Below, in pieces: positions 50,997 to 64,000 of a stretch of 64,000 bases of DNA. The translations under genes were made by a program, and so were the position numbers. The notes under the pieces were generated by a model. That model saw only the letters and a list, made by a program, of their open reading frames with translations. It did not search any database and was not told where the DNA came from. The first letter of the stretch is position 1. Each line of letters starts with the position of its first letter. The stretch covers positions 40,920,001 through 40,984,000 of the forward strand of contig NC_045138.2 in NCBI RefSeq assembly GCF_008831285.2, given 5' to 3'. The DNA is from Nymphaea colorata (taxonomy: Eukaryota).

Positions 50997-53900
50997 TTAT
51001 CTTGGACTGGTCCATGGTGGAGATGCTTTGTACACAGGGCCTTGTGAATTAGGCCTATAACTCAGGTCAAGATTGTGGAGCTGTTCCATGAGCTGGGAAC
51101 GCCTCTCCTTGAAGAAGTCCAGCCGGGTCGTTAGTTCAACCAGAGTGGATGATGCTAAGGGTTGGCGTGGCTGTTCATTTCCCTGGAATAAGATCAAAAG
51201 TTAAAATCACGAGCTAAAAGTTACCCAAGATTAAGGACCATGAGTTATGTTACCTCCAGATCCCCTGATGCCTTGTTCACAGAAGAGTCGATGGCACAAA
51301 TCTCATCTGTAGACAAGCTTGTTGAAGCCTCAGAGACTTTGGAGATGGCTGGGCTTGACAAATCTGCTGGTGGCTTCCATTGAACCTGTCTATTCAACAC
51401 AGATTGTGCAACCTGTGGCTTGATGCTCCTCCACGCGGATGATGGGTCCTGCCAATGTTGAATAATGTCAGGAGAGAATTTGTTAAATTGGCAGACAGCA
51501 GATTCAAGTTCTTTTAAATTAAGTTTAGCAGTTGATATATGATAAAATCAACTAACAGCAAAAAATCCAAGAATAAAAGATACTTCAATGATTAAGCAGT
51601 AAAGAACGAAAACCCCTTGCAGGATCAGCCAAAAATACTTGCCATGCATAAATATAAAGTTCACTCTCTCTTCCTATAATAGTTACTTTCTCCAAGCATT
51701 GGTAAATCTAGGATGTCCCCTGGGCAAGTGAGTAAAACCAATAATGTGTGGCGCTAGCAGAACAGTCAAGCGTCTAAACATGATAAAAGTTTGGCCAATG
51801 GATCTTGTTTACTGTTCATCGTGACATGGAAATACCCCTATTCATAGTAATGAAAACTCTTTGAGAACCATGTGGAACTTCCTTTATTAAGGTTGGACAG
51901 AGCCACATGAGCAGAAATATGGAACAGCAGGCACCTATATGATAAGTTCAGCAAGGATTAGCATCAATGAACTGTAACACCAAAAGCTAAACACTGAACT
52001 AGATTAGTGGTATACATTCTTAACCTTGTATTTATAAATGGATTTGAAGCCTTAAACATGGCAGTTGCAAAAACAGGTGCACATCATCTAAAATTTGATA
52101 AACTATATGAATAACACCATTTCGTAACCAACTCATGTAGCTTGAAAATCCTGCCAATTGAACATTTGAAACCTGAGAGATATAAAGATGGCCTTCTCCG
52201 CTATATATGATCTCCAGATAGGACTGAGCCAACATAAGGAAACATGGAAAAAAGTAGAGATGGAGCAGCAGAACAAAACGATAACAAACTTGGATATGTT
52301 CACCACAGATACATCATTGAGGTGCAAGCTATAAATATATCATGAAATGAAAACTAAACAGGAAAAAATTGTCCAGCATGAACAAACCGGGTGATGGTAT
52401 CTATGACAAGAAAGGTGATGAAAGATTACTCAATTTTGATACCAAAAAAAAAACAGAAAACTTGAAGGTAGACTCACAACCTCACTTCTCTGTGCCCTTT
52501 CATAATTACAGAAAGCAAGAGTTGAATCAAAATCTTGTTGAAAGATCTTCCTGCAACATGACACATTTAACAAAATTAGATCCTAAGTCACGTGGATATA
52601 TCCTTTTCAATGCACATTATGTCCTTTCCAAAAGAACTTAAAGCAGATGAGCCCCATCTAAAAATCATAATCATGTGCTAGAAATAATAATAAAACATGT
52701 TTCTGAGCTTTGGATACGACAATAGAATAGGAAAATGTTCAAACAACCATATGAAAGATTGTATAAAAATAATCCCCGATAGACAACAGAAACATTTATC
52801 ACCAAAATGTGCTGTCAAATACGCATCCCATTTACAGTTAGAATTGAAAGGGAAAACTTTTGCTGATTGAGAAGAAAAGCGAAATACACCATCAACATCT
52901 AAAAGTTTTCGCTAGAAACATGTAGACCAACTATTAAAAATAAAAATACATATTAGATAACATACGGCTGTGACTGAAACTTCTGTAGAAGCTGGTACTG
53001 ATCATATGCATCAGAAAGAGACCCAAAATGGTGCTGCCGTTGTTGATCTAGCTGCAAATGAAGTTCAGCAACCTTCTGTTTCAACCTTGCAACATCCGCT
53101 TCGGCCAGTGCAATCTCCTCAAGCTCAGCTCTTGTCTTCAGGAAAACAAGGGGACCATCAGTTCGCATATGCTTCAATAACACAACTCAGAAATGAAAAT
53201 GTGACGCATAAATGGACCAACCTTTGAATCCATACTACGTGAACTAAACTGCCCAGAAGACATACTTAACCCGGCCTCCAATGCTGCACGGAGATCTCTT
53301 TCTGCTTGCAGCTGCTCTTGCAATCTTGAAACCTATGAGAATGAGCAAACAATATCAAACAAAAGTTACAGAAGTATTGAAAAAGAATGCCCGAAAACAA
53401 AATACTAGACAGAAATAAATGGTCAGAAATACAATATCTAACAATCAGACACATGAAAGCAAGAATTCTAGGTTCTGAATTGCAAGGACACATAAATCTC
53501 ACCAGGCCACCATTTCATTCAACCATTAACCTTGGCGATACTCATTAATTAGCTAAATAGAGAATTGCAATAGTAAATATCCAGTTAATTGAGCAGGAAT
53601 AGTAAAGCCAAATGGTTAGCGAAGAAGCAAATGAGCTTTTCCAAAGGAAACTGCCCCTTTTTCTAGCGACAAAAGCAAATACAGCTTTCATCATAAAAAT
53701 GTGTATTTGTTGCCCATGTTGGCCGGTAGTGATCCTTGTTAGCTGATGCTTCACATCCTAAAGAAGAAAAAGGAAAAGAAAAAGAAGAAAACAAAGGACT
53801 CCCAAAATATCAGCTCATACCACGTTCAAAATTGGCAGAATCAACCTGACACTGCTGATTCAACTTATTTCAGTCTATTATTTGGTAAAACAATATTAAA

Positions 53901-55649
53901 TTAGTACTTTATTTTTTTACTAGGCTGACTTAATATGGGACAATCAGTTCCCTCCAATTCCCTATGTTTTTTGTAAAGTGGTTCAACTCCATTACCAGTA
54001 ACTGCAATAAGAATTTTCCAAATCCATTTTTTGCTAAATATGGCATAAGTCTCAAAATGCTATTTTCAAAAATAGCCCTAAAGAGACAGGGTTTTTGCAA
54101 ACTCATAAGTCATTTAACATTATTAGACGAGATCAATAAGGAATATCCATGACATCAAAGTAAATAAAACCAAGTCTGGCAAGCAAGATGCTGAAAAACC
54201 AGGTGATACAAAGCCATACATCTTGTTCAAGAGCTAAACGACGTTCATGCAAAGCCAGCTTTCTTCTTTCCAAACTTGCTTGTAGTATCGCGTTCCCCTT
54301 AGCCTACATAACGGGAAAATAGAATCATTGAAGCCATTATTGTATTTTAAACACATCACTATGTCAATAGATAGAAAAGGCTGAACGTGAAAAATACCTC
54401 CTTTGCAATCCTGTTACGCAGTTCATTCTTTGTACTCTCAAGCCTCCGAATTACAAGCCTGAAAAGTAAAAAAAAAAAAGTCGAAAAGGATCTGAAGTTA
54501 GAGAGAAAAGACTGAGGGATGGGAGTGGGAATAAGAAGATAAAAAATAATAATAACCAAAACATCTTCTGGATTGATTTTCCATGTTGAACATCTGGCAA
54601 TTTTAAAAATTGACTGTAGCATCTTTAAACTTCCAAATGGTACAAGATTTTTTTTTTTTTTTGGAAAAACAAGAAACATATATATGTACAGATAAAATAC
54701 TATATATATAGAGAGAGAGAGAGACAGAGACAGAGAGAGAGAGAGAGAGAAAGAGAGAGCATACTCCTCATCACTAGGTGAATCGATGGATTCCATGGAG
54801 AGATTTTTCCTTGCCTGCAAAAGAAGTAGAAGGATAGTAAAAAATCAAAAATTTTATTTCCCTTCATTTAAAGGGGGAAAAACACGTCTGTCCACCTAAG
54901 GAAGATTAAGGTTAAGTGTAAAAAAAAAAATGGTTCTTGAGAGTCAAACAAAAGTTAATAACAAGCATCCAGAATTTAAATCCTTGAGTATGATCTTTGT
55001 CAAAGTTAGATTTCAAATTAGACATCACAGATTACAATAAAGGATAAAAGATGTCAGATTTCTTACTCCACTACGGCCCCAGAAGTTTGACCGCTTAGTG
55101 CTGGACAGAGTTCCATTTGTTTTGTTAATTAACTTCTCTGTGCAAGGCTCATGCCCAGGGCAGGGCACAACCCTTCTACTTACAGAAGAAGAAACATCTC
55201 CAGTTGATACATATGGTTCAGCATTAGGTACCACTAAAGGACTTTCCTTGTCAGTCTGGAAAAATTCCTTGCTTTTGCTTTGAGGACCCTGGAGCTTATT
55301 ATCACCACCAAACTCTCTTGGTGTTAATTTGTTCACTTCGGAAGTGTGAGTGTCTTTAAGAAATTCAACATCAGAATCAGCACCTTCAAAAACCTGCATT
55401 GTAACATAAGGAAAATTACTCAAGATCTCAATTGAAATCATAGAGTAATAGAAATCTATAGAAGAACGGTCTAGAGCCATTTACATCAACTAATGAGAAT
55501 CATTGAAAAATGAATAAGTATTGTTAAGAGGAAATAGCGTCATTTTCAATTGTGCCAATCTTGAATATGCAATTGCTGATGTGTAACCTCCAGAACATAC
55601 ACAAGCGCACAGAGGTGGAATCCCATCCTGTGCCCCTTCTCCCAAACAG

Positions 55650-55708
<59 letters not shown>

Positions 55709-58700
55709 TAAACTAAGTCTCAACCTTATAATCATATAGATCACTAGCATCATTCCCACTGCTTCCACTCAGCTTGCCACTATCCATTCGTTCTGCATGC
55801 TGTGCTCCATCATCATCTTCATGATGCAAATCATGGTACACATCGTCATGTACCTTCACATGTTCATCATTTACTGAATCATCACTACCACTGTCTTCCA
55901 TTTGATAGTTCACCGAAGGGAAGACATTTAGGTGCTCCTCCTATAAAAATGAAACAAGGACATTACCACCAAGAACAAGAAATGACAGACATCTTAAAAA
56001 ACTAATTGCACTCGGTCAATCTAAAGGAGTATCTACAAAAACCTAAAATTTTGAAGAAAAGAAGTGTATTTACATATTTGATTTTTTAAGATAACTATGA
56101 AGTTCAAGGTATTTTTAAAGTAAAGCCACAAGTGGTCAGACCATGATAATCTGAGGAAGGCAAGCCAAAAGATAATTTTGCTTTCCAATAAATAATCACA
56201 AACAAGCTGAACTTTATCTTTTGTCATAGACTCTAGGAAAATAAAAAAAATACATGAAAGCTGAAACTACCTTCTATAATCAAATACGTGCTACTAAACC
56301 TTATGAGCATGTTTGACTGCCCAGATAAATTATGTGGGACATCCAGTATGTTTGGGCCATGCAACACTCATTCAAACACAAATAAATAAATCCTGGGCAG
56401 GTTTTCTATGTTCATGGCATATACATAAGGTTTTTTTTTTTTGGATTTTTTGGATTCCGGTACCTCTGAAAATCATGAACGCACCCACAAAAAGAAAAAT
56501 AGCAATCAGACATACTCTATGGGGCATGTAAACTAGGCCTGCTTATTCTACCAAAGGAACAAAAAGAGACTGTCTTAAAAGCTTCAAGTTGCACATCCAA
56601 AAAGGCATGTAGTTACTGAATCGTGAAAGCAACAACAAAAAGGTAAAATGACATTTAGAACACAAGCAATGCATTAAAAAGGAAAAGTTTGAACACAAGA
56701 TGATCAGGTTATTTACATCGAAGACATTCTCATACTCTTCCAGGAGGGTTCTGATAATTCCCTGGGCATTATTGGCTGCATTTGCAGCTGCAAGGAACTG
56801 AGCAGAACAATCTCCACTCATATCAAGATCATCCTCAAGCTCACATTCACCCGCTAGAAGTGGGCGCAGAAGCAGTGGAGCCATACATGCAGCAACAGCA
56901 GATGCCGTCATTCTGTTCTCAGCAGTGTTATGAGCAACAGAGCGCATCATTTTCAGAACCCTATCATGAGCACATATTATAGATTAGAACACTTAATACA
57001 TTTCACGACAGAGAAAGGAAGAAGAATAAAGTTTCATTGCCATTATCTTCATAGAGCATCAACAAGTTTCCAGTGAAACAATAAGGAGTAACTCAGATGT
57101 TTTAAACTTTTAACTAATAAGAAGCTAGAAGTTACCATTAACTCAGGAAGTGAATTTGAAGTTGGTTTTAAAACTAAATCCCAGAAAGAGATAAGCACGA
57201 CCTTGATTATGCCATTATAGTGATTAAAGATGAAAATTGCACCAAACCAATAGAATTAACATGTCTTATGATCTGCTTTATCCAACATGAAAAATGAAAT
57301 AACCAAATGTATGGTCTCACTACATCAGATCTTCTTGCACTACTACTGGCATCCGAAACAAAGTAATGCTCACAACCCCAGCAAAACACCAAGCATCATA
57401 AACACTTAACTGCTTTCATGTTAAAAGCTCCAAAGTATAAGGGCGAAACATGTTTTAAAATTTAATACTGTCAAGGAAAAAACCCTTACTATGTCTAGTT
57501 TCTGAAAATCAAAATTCAATTCAATCAAACAAGACCAAAAATCTCACATTCAATGAAATTTATTTATGTTAGCTGCCTCCTGCTAACGTAACTGATTACA
57601 GACAAAGGAACATCCTGCCCAAACCCTAACTCATGCACACCAGTCCCTAATCCCCGATTAGGGTCTTCCCTTCCCAAAAGGTAAAACGCTGAATATTTGT
57701 GATGTTTCTCCACCAAGGTCCTTCGACCTTATTTACAAGCACCACTGGATAAATCCTCAAGGGGATCCGATCCAATTCTATATCTGGTGCCTAACAATTT
57801 ATTTGCTCACATGCAAGGATTTTTCATAAATTAAATATTCTACTACTCATGCTCAACTCACGATATACTCAATGAAGCAACAAGAAATAATGCAGCTATA
57901 GAAAGGAAAAAGTGGATCATGAAAGATAATATGATAGAGTAATTGATAGAATAATAAAACATGTACGACTTCATTAGAAAACAAGCAAGAAAGATCAAAC
58001 CAAAATTACTAGAGAAGAATCCATCACATATAAACGCAAGCTAACCACTAAAACATACAAAAATTGACATTTGTGAAGTGAGATATCCATATAGATGATA
58101 CCTCTGTAGAAGCCGTCGATTTGGTTCTGGGAAAGTCTCAGATATTGCAGCACGCATTGCTGCAACACGAGCTTCCTTCTGATCGATTCCTTCAAAATGA
58201 TTATAGAAAAAAAAATGCAAAAGTGAAAAAGAGTTAACAATTCCAAAAAGCAACAAAGAGATCATTTTGGAACATACATACACAATCAGACACACAGATG
58301 TCCACATGGGCACATGTCTCTGAAATATATATAGGGAAAGTAGACCTTGACTTCCACCCTATTTTGTTAAAAACATGCCTAGGCCGCCTATACTTACCCC
58401 TATGCACTCACCGACCTACCAAAAGACTTTTCTGTATTTACATCAACAAGAATTCTGTAGGCCTCACACTTTTCTGTTGCTTGCTTTGAAAGATATTTCT
58501 TTTCAATTTTGGTCTTAAAATCTCCGATTTTCCACAAAAAAGATGTGCCTTTTGTTTTGTGGTGACTAGCAGAATCTTGCACATTACGCCCCATAATATT
58601 CCTACATTTGTTGAACATCTCAAATGATGGGCCTGAGGTTGACACTAAAAAAAAGTGGTGTTGAAAGACACTTGTATGCTTTCTCCCTTCTTGTTGTTGT

Positions 58701-61700
58701 TCATGCATTCTTGCTTAAAAGCTCATTGCAGCAGGACCCCACCATGGTCAAGTACTTTAATTTGATCTCATGGCCATACATACCATTTTCCGTGATAAAG
58801 GCAAGTGGTTCCTTATGAAAAATATTTGCATTATTGGAGAAATTAATTCCTCGTTGTTGCAAGATCTTTTCTCATTACCAATGTATGATTGCATGATCAA
58901 CCACATTATTGGATTTTTCTCATTTTGCAAAAGTTATACTGTCCTAGGAAAAGTTCAATATGTGTTTTTCCATGTCAAGCCATATTTCTCCTTAATGGCT
59001 TCCATTATCTTATTACTGTCATAGCCTTCAAACGCTCTTATAAAGTTGTATTGCACAAATGCTATGAGTGTTGTGCTTGCTAATTGATCATTTCCATTTT
59101 GTCTCCCCATCAGTCGGCTCTTCACCAAGTCTGGGCTTGATTTTGCACAAAAACATAAATAGTCATCATATGTGAACAAATACTTCGTTTTTGTTTTTGA
59201 CAGCTTGTCCATGATTATGCAATTGGTCACCTTATTATTCTTTTACATTAGAAAACACTAGGATCAATATTTTACCCATTAGTATTTGTTCAATTAATTC
59301 ATAAATGAGAACTTTCTAAAGAAATTCAATCCAAGCAAGAAATAACAATGGTACCAAATAAAAACTATTTAAAAACAGCATTTGCTTAGGAAATTTTAAA
59401 TTGACATAGCCCACCAGAAAGACCATTTCTCACACAAAAGCTTTTTATGGTACATTTTGAAACTTGTTAGCTTGGATGTAGTACACAAATGACAGATCAG
59501 TTGTAAAAATACTCAGTTAGCAGGTTCACTCATCTCAAATATATCATGTGTGGGCGCACTCACAAAGGAAAAGTTGGTACATGAACTAAATTTCACAAGA
59601 TTACAGATAATCTTTTGTTGTGAAAAAGGAGTATGCCTGCAAACTTTACAAGTTCACAATGATGTATTTTAGAACTTCTTAAATCCAGAAAAACTATCTA
59701 TCAGTGCTATCAACACATTTCAAGCTTTAAAAGTCAAACAGTATGTAAAGAAAAATTTTAACTTCCAAGTTGTTAGAAATTAGCTACAGAAAAGGGTAGC
59801 TTAAAGCTTAGCAGTCAATGATGCATGAAAGAGCTAACCTAGGTGAACCTGACAAATGGACATATCTGACATCTAACCAGTAACCAATGCTAAATGAAGG
59901 CTAGGCACTAGGCCTGTGATTGATGGGGATAAAGAAAAGTGGTACTGAATATTAGCAAGCATCTTATGCTTCCACAGTTTGGTCTCTTTACATATTTATT
60001 AAAAATCAACAGATTTATTTGGATGTATGGCTTTTTCATAAGCACTCAATCAAGAACCGGAATGCACCAGAATCTGAAGGTGGCTACAGAAATAAAAACA
60101 ACAACGTGAAGTGCATGACTAAACTTAGTGATAATATATGAGAAATTAAATTGCTCGAGCATTTCAACTTAAAAATCAAAATTTACAGATGCAACTGTTA
60201 AGATTTCCTATGCTTCCAAATCCATTGAGAAACCAAATACCATGCACAAAAAAAAAACATCTATGCACATAAAGGCAAAAAACAATGGTCATTTTGAGAT
60301 ATAAAGGCACTATAATAACAGTTTTAAACTTTTAACGATAAAAAGCATAAATAGAAGGTGAAAATATAATTTAAAATTCATCTACTGCAGAAAAGAGAAG
60401 AACACTGCATAAACAGGGCATACTGTATGCTTCTAACAGTGAAGTGCAGCACGATGCAGGAACCGGAGAGGAAGGCAGCTCCCGCAGCACAAGCTTCGAT
60501 AACACACAGTTCAGCAAATGTGTAAGGATATGAAACTAATGAATAGAGATGTTAACTGTTAAGTACAAAGCATACAGCTCAAAAAAATTGACACATTGTA
60601 AGTACCTTAACACAGTCACCCACAACATGGGCATCCTCTTCAGGAGAAAATTCCGTTTTCCCTGTAAAAACATCGAATTGGTGTTTGATTTTCAACAAAT
60701 ACAATACAATATTAACACTTGAGAGAAACAAAGAGAACAGGAGCATGTCAGATACAGTAACAAAGAGAAACTACATCCTGGACAATACAAGGTAACTTAA
60801 AAGACAAACCCTGTTCATATTCCTGAACCCTGCGTTCAACTTCCTCAACATCAGCAGCTTGACGCAAAATTCCTTCAATTTTTGATCCTACAACCAAGGA
60901 CCATTGAGAAACAAATAAATTGATCAGATATACACCTACATGTGAGTGCACATAGACACATACAGCAACTCATGATGACATTAAATTATTAACTGTAGAT
61001 GGACAAGCACAAAAAAAGACCTTGCAAGTTTCAAGCAGAAGCATCACAAACCCAGAATGATAAACTGGCTTAACAAAATTTGAAGTTCCCAACATAGAAT
61101 AATTTACCAAACTGCTCAAGGAAACACAACGCTTTTTCCAGAAAAGATGGACTCCCATCAATGTCTTCAAGTGCGAGCAAAATTGGTCGTCCGACAACCA
61201 AAGACTTGACAGGGTGCTTATCTTTCCCTGCAAAAATACAAGAAGCACTGAGCAAAAGGACGTGTAAAAAAGTCCACCTAAGCAAGACATCTTCACCAAC
61301 AATGGCCACTGCATATGGTTCCTCACTTCTATGTCAAAGAGAAGGAATATCATAAGCTCTTGTACAACCACTTACATTCTTGGAAAGACCCTTCAAAAGT
61401 ATCTGACACATCATTTCTGAAAATTCCATTGTGTCCCATCACAAGAGATGCATCAGGTGCTTCTGCCAAGGCATGCTCAAGTGCTGCTTTCCATTCAAAT
61501 AAATCCTCTGATGACTCCGCCTATAAGTGAAAAGTAAACAATAATGACAATAGCAACAATGATGATAATGTAAAAGAGCCGAACAACAGCAATGCACATC
61601 AAAGCACATTATGCCTTCCATCTACCAATAAAAGGCAAAATATGGATTGCATAAAGAGGTACCTTAAGCGTGAAAGCTCGTCCATCACGTCCATCAGGGA

Positions 61701-62820
61701 ATAAGACAGTTAAGAGCTTCTTATCTTCCCTGACTACCACACTGTAATATGGTGCTAGATGATCAGCCAACATATAGAAACAAGGAGATACATTCATTGC
61801 CTGAAGTCAAAAAGAAAAGAATACCTTCCAGAATTGTTTAAGTCAATCCCACCAAGAGTAAGGTTCACCTCACCTCCTCGATGAGGAAGTGCATTCTGAA
61901 ATTTAGCATGCACATTCAGTTAAACACATGAACATCAAAAGCCTCAACAGTCAACCAAACACTATTTAGGTCTGCTGCTCAAGCATTACTAAGAAATGGA
62001 ATTATTAATATTGGTCTATCAAAAGTAAAGAAGGGAACTCAGAGAGAAAAATCATTCCTTAAAAAATGATGCTTATATGTGGCCATGCCATAGTGATAGT
62101 TAACTGAAGTAACTTATTTATTGACTACATGCATAAAAAACAACTGCAACATAATTGCCCCCAATACCATTCCAAAACTATCTTCTAAAAGTAGATGCTT
62201 TCCATTCCTTGATTGGACGTATAACTGTTGTTTAGTAAACAGAAAATAGACTAGTTCTACTTCTTATACAGTCCCAACGTTCACATTATAAAATGCAATA
62301 CAACTTGTTACAGGATATACAGTTCAAGACAAGAAATAAACATTTCAGCAAAAGGTTGCATGGAGGGTTTAATGGGGAAAAAAAGTGCTTTTTTTTTTAA
62401 TCTTGTTTGGTTCATCTTCAGTTGGGAGAGCTTAAACTGATTGGAAATTCTCATACAAATGCAAAATTTGAACAAATAAAGCAAAACAATAAAGGGTAAG
62501 AAATAAAATGCAGAAAGATTACATAAAAATTTCTGTACAGATAGACGAAAGAAGCATTTTTAACATACCACAGAAATTAACATTTACAGTTATAGTGTGT
62601 CTCCAATTCATGTACAAACAAGCATCCTTAAAAACTATTTCTCACATTCTAAACCAACTGGTCCAATCACAAGTAAGAACCTTTTAGCCTAAGTTATTAC
62701 CAAACAATGCAGCAAATGCGTTAAACGTAAAGCTACTGCTTACAGGATCATTTTTGAAGAACACCAATGACGTTCGTGTAAGTATGAACCACCGTCTCTT
62801 CCATGACTTCCAACCAATTC
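50997..62820 (-). CDS. PH-domain Rho/ROP GTPase-activating protein (PHGAP/ROPGAP6-7/REN1 family); 5'-partial, 20 exons in window
   Basis: Exons 5'->3': 62744-62820, 61825-61895, 61663-61741, 61376-61520, 61108-61227, 60810-60887, 60606-60661, 60424-60493, 58102-58189, 56717-56960, 55725-55940, 55067-55393, 54765-54814, 54398-54458, 54220-54303, 53222-53332, 52966-53135, 52481-52550, 51254-51448, 50997-51182. PH motif GIGWKSWKRRWFIL, GAP Arg finger EGILRQAAD, NRMTASAVAACMAPLLLRP, coiled coil AKGNAILQASLERRK, C-terminal ELTTRLDFFKERRSQLMEQL. No earlier exon recognised in 62821-64000. Confidence 0.95.
58830..59130 (-). mobile_element. Possible degenerate MULE/MuDR transposase remnant in a RhoGAP intron
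   Basis: Translation QLASTTLIAFVQYNFIRAFEGYDSNKIMEAIKEKYGL resembles, from memory, the MuDRA segment upstream of the DDE domain; interrupted by stops. Confidence 0.3.
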
Positions 62821-64000
62821 CTATAAAAAACAAAACCAAGTGAACTCAAGTTTCTAATTTCATGTAGCACAGCATCAATTTCATGTAGCATAGCATCTTG
62901 CTAGCCACACACATATCAAATTAAAGCTTCAAATGGGACAATGGAAAAAAAAAATAATATAACTGCAGAAAAAGATGAAGCTATCTAAAAATTTAAAGTA
63001 TAAAAGGAAAGAATTTAATTCAAGTAAAACAAGTTAAAAGTTATGAAAAATTACATAACGAGCAACAATTATCCATCCTTGTATTTTTTTAATAGAAACA
63101 AAATTCAAAACAGTAGCAGGACAATTGAAAGCAAGTGCACAGGCAGAAACATATGCCAGAATGAGATATTTCAAGGAATTTCAAGCCTCTTAGAGTCATG
63201 GTTGCATAGATGGAAGAATGAATCATATCAAAGAGAATTTTTCACCTTTGTCTTTTCCTACAGTAGACCAGACGCAGATTCGTAATGGTAGAGGACTTGG
63301 GTATGAGCCATAACACCCAGAATACAATGGTCCCATTGGGCACTAACCATTTTGAACCTTCCCTAGACCCTGGATATAACCAATTATGCATTAGAAGTAG
63401 GGTTGCAACTCTCCAGTTATGATTTGGCGGTTTCCATTTTGCAGTTGTATCTAATGTAATCTGAATCCAATTTCAATGTATTAGCTAATCCAAAGCCAAA
63501 CTATTTGCATCCTTGGTTGCAAGCACCAAAATTATCCTTGTTTGCAAGCACCAAAATCAGCTAAGAAGAAATTAGAAAATGTTGATGGCCTCTATAGCTT
63601 CCCTTTTACCTTCAGTTTCTCAGGCATAATACCAACTTATCCGTTCCTTTTAGTATTATTGGAACAAAATTACAACTCAAGAATGCAAGCCACACAAATT
63701 AAGGTGTAGCACACATATGTATACCTTCATCTCACATAAAATTTAACAATCGCCAAGACTAGTCATGATCTATTCAATAGCTGAAAAGCATGCATTGTTT
63801 TAGCTTCGCATTTTTTCATAAGCCATCCCTAATATAAAAATAGAAATTCCAATATTATAAAGTGCATATTGACTATAAAAATAATAAAAGCTTTTCTTGG
63901 CGTTTCAAGGTAAAGATCCATAAAGGCAGGGAATTTAGCTGCAATGGTCAGCTTGTGATAAGTTCAGGAAGTTTGCCATGAATTCATTGTTGAAGCCAAA

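Overview
Eukaryotic, intron-rich land-plant (probably angiosperm) nuclear DNA; most short ORFs in the supplied track are intron or antisense noise. Manual exon tracing (all GT-AG introns, phases consistent) gives four genes. (1) A phospholipase A2-family gene without a signal peptide (+, CDS 6192-7662). (2) A complete 33-exon chloroplast ferredoxin-dependent glutamate synthase (Fd-GOGAT, -, 38537-9681, 1621 aa). (3) A 3-exon secreted, basic GH19 chitinase lacking a hevein domain (-, 45811-44548). (4) The 3' 20 exons of a PH-domain RhoGAP (-, 62820-50997, 5' end beyond the window). Introns and intergenic DNA hold many MITEs (several with 8-bp TSDs), short tandem duplications and microsatellites. 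The most unusual structure is at 42.2-46.7 kb. There, an intron-containing, disabled copy of Fd-GOGAT exon2-intron2-exon3 (~95% identical by hand count) sits between two copies of a sequence pair, one copy enclosing the chitinase gene and the other 'empty'. I found no evidence of a wholly new biological system; the signals concern gene-fragment capture and local rearrangement.
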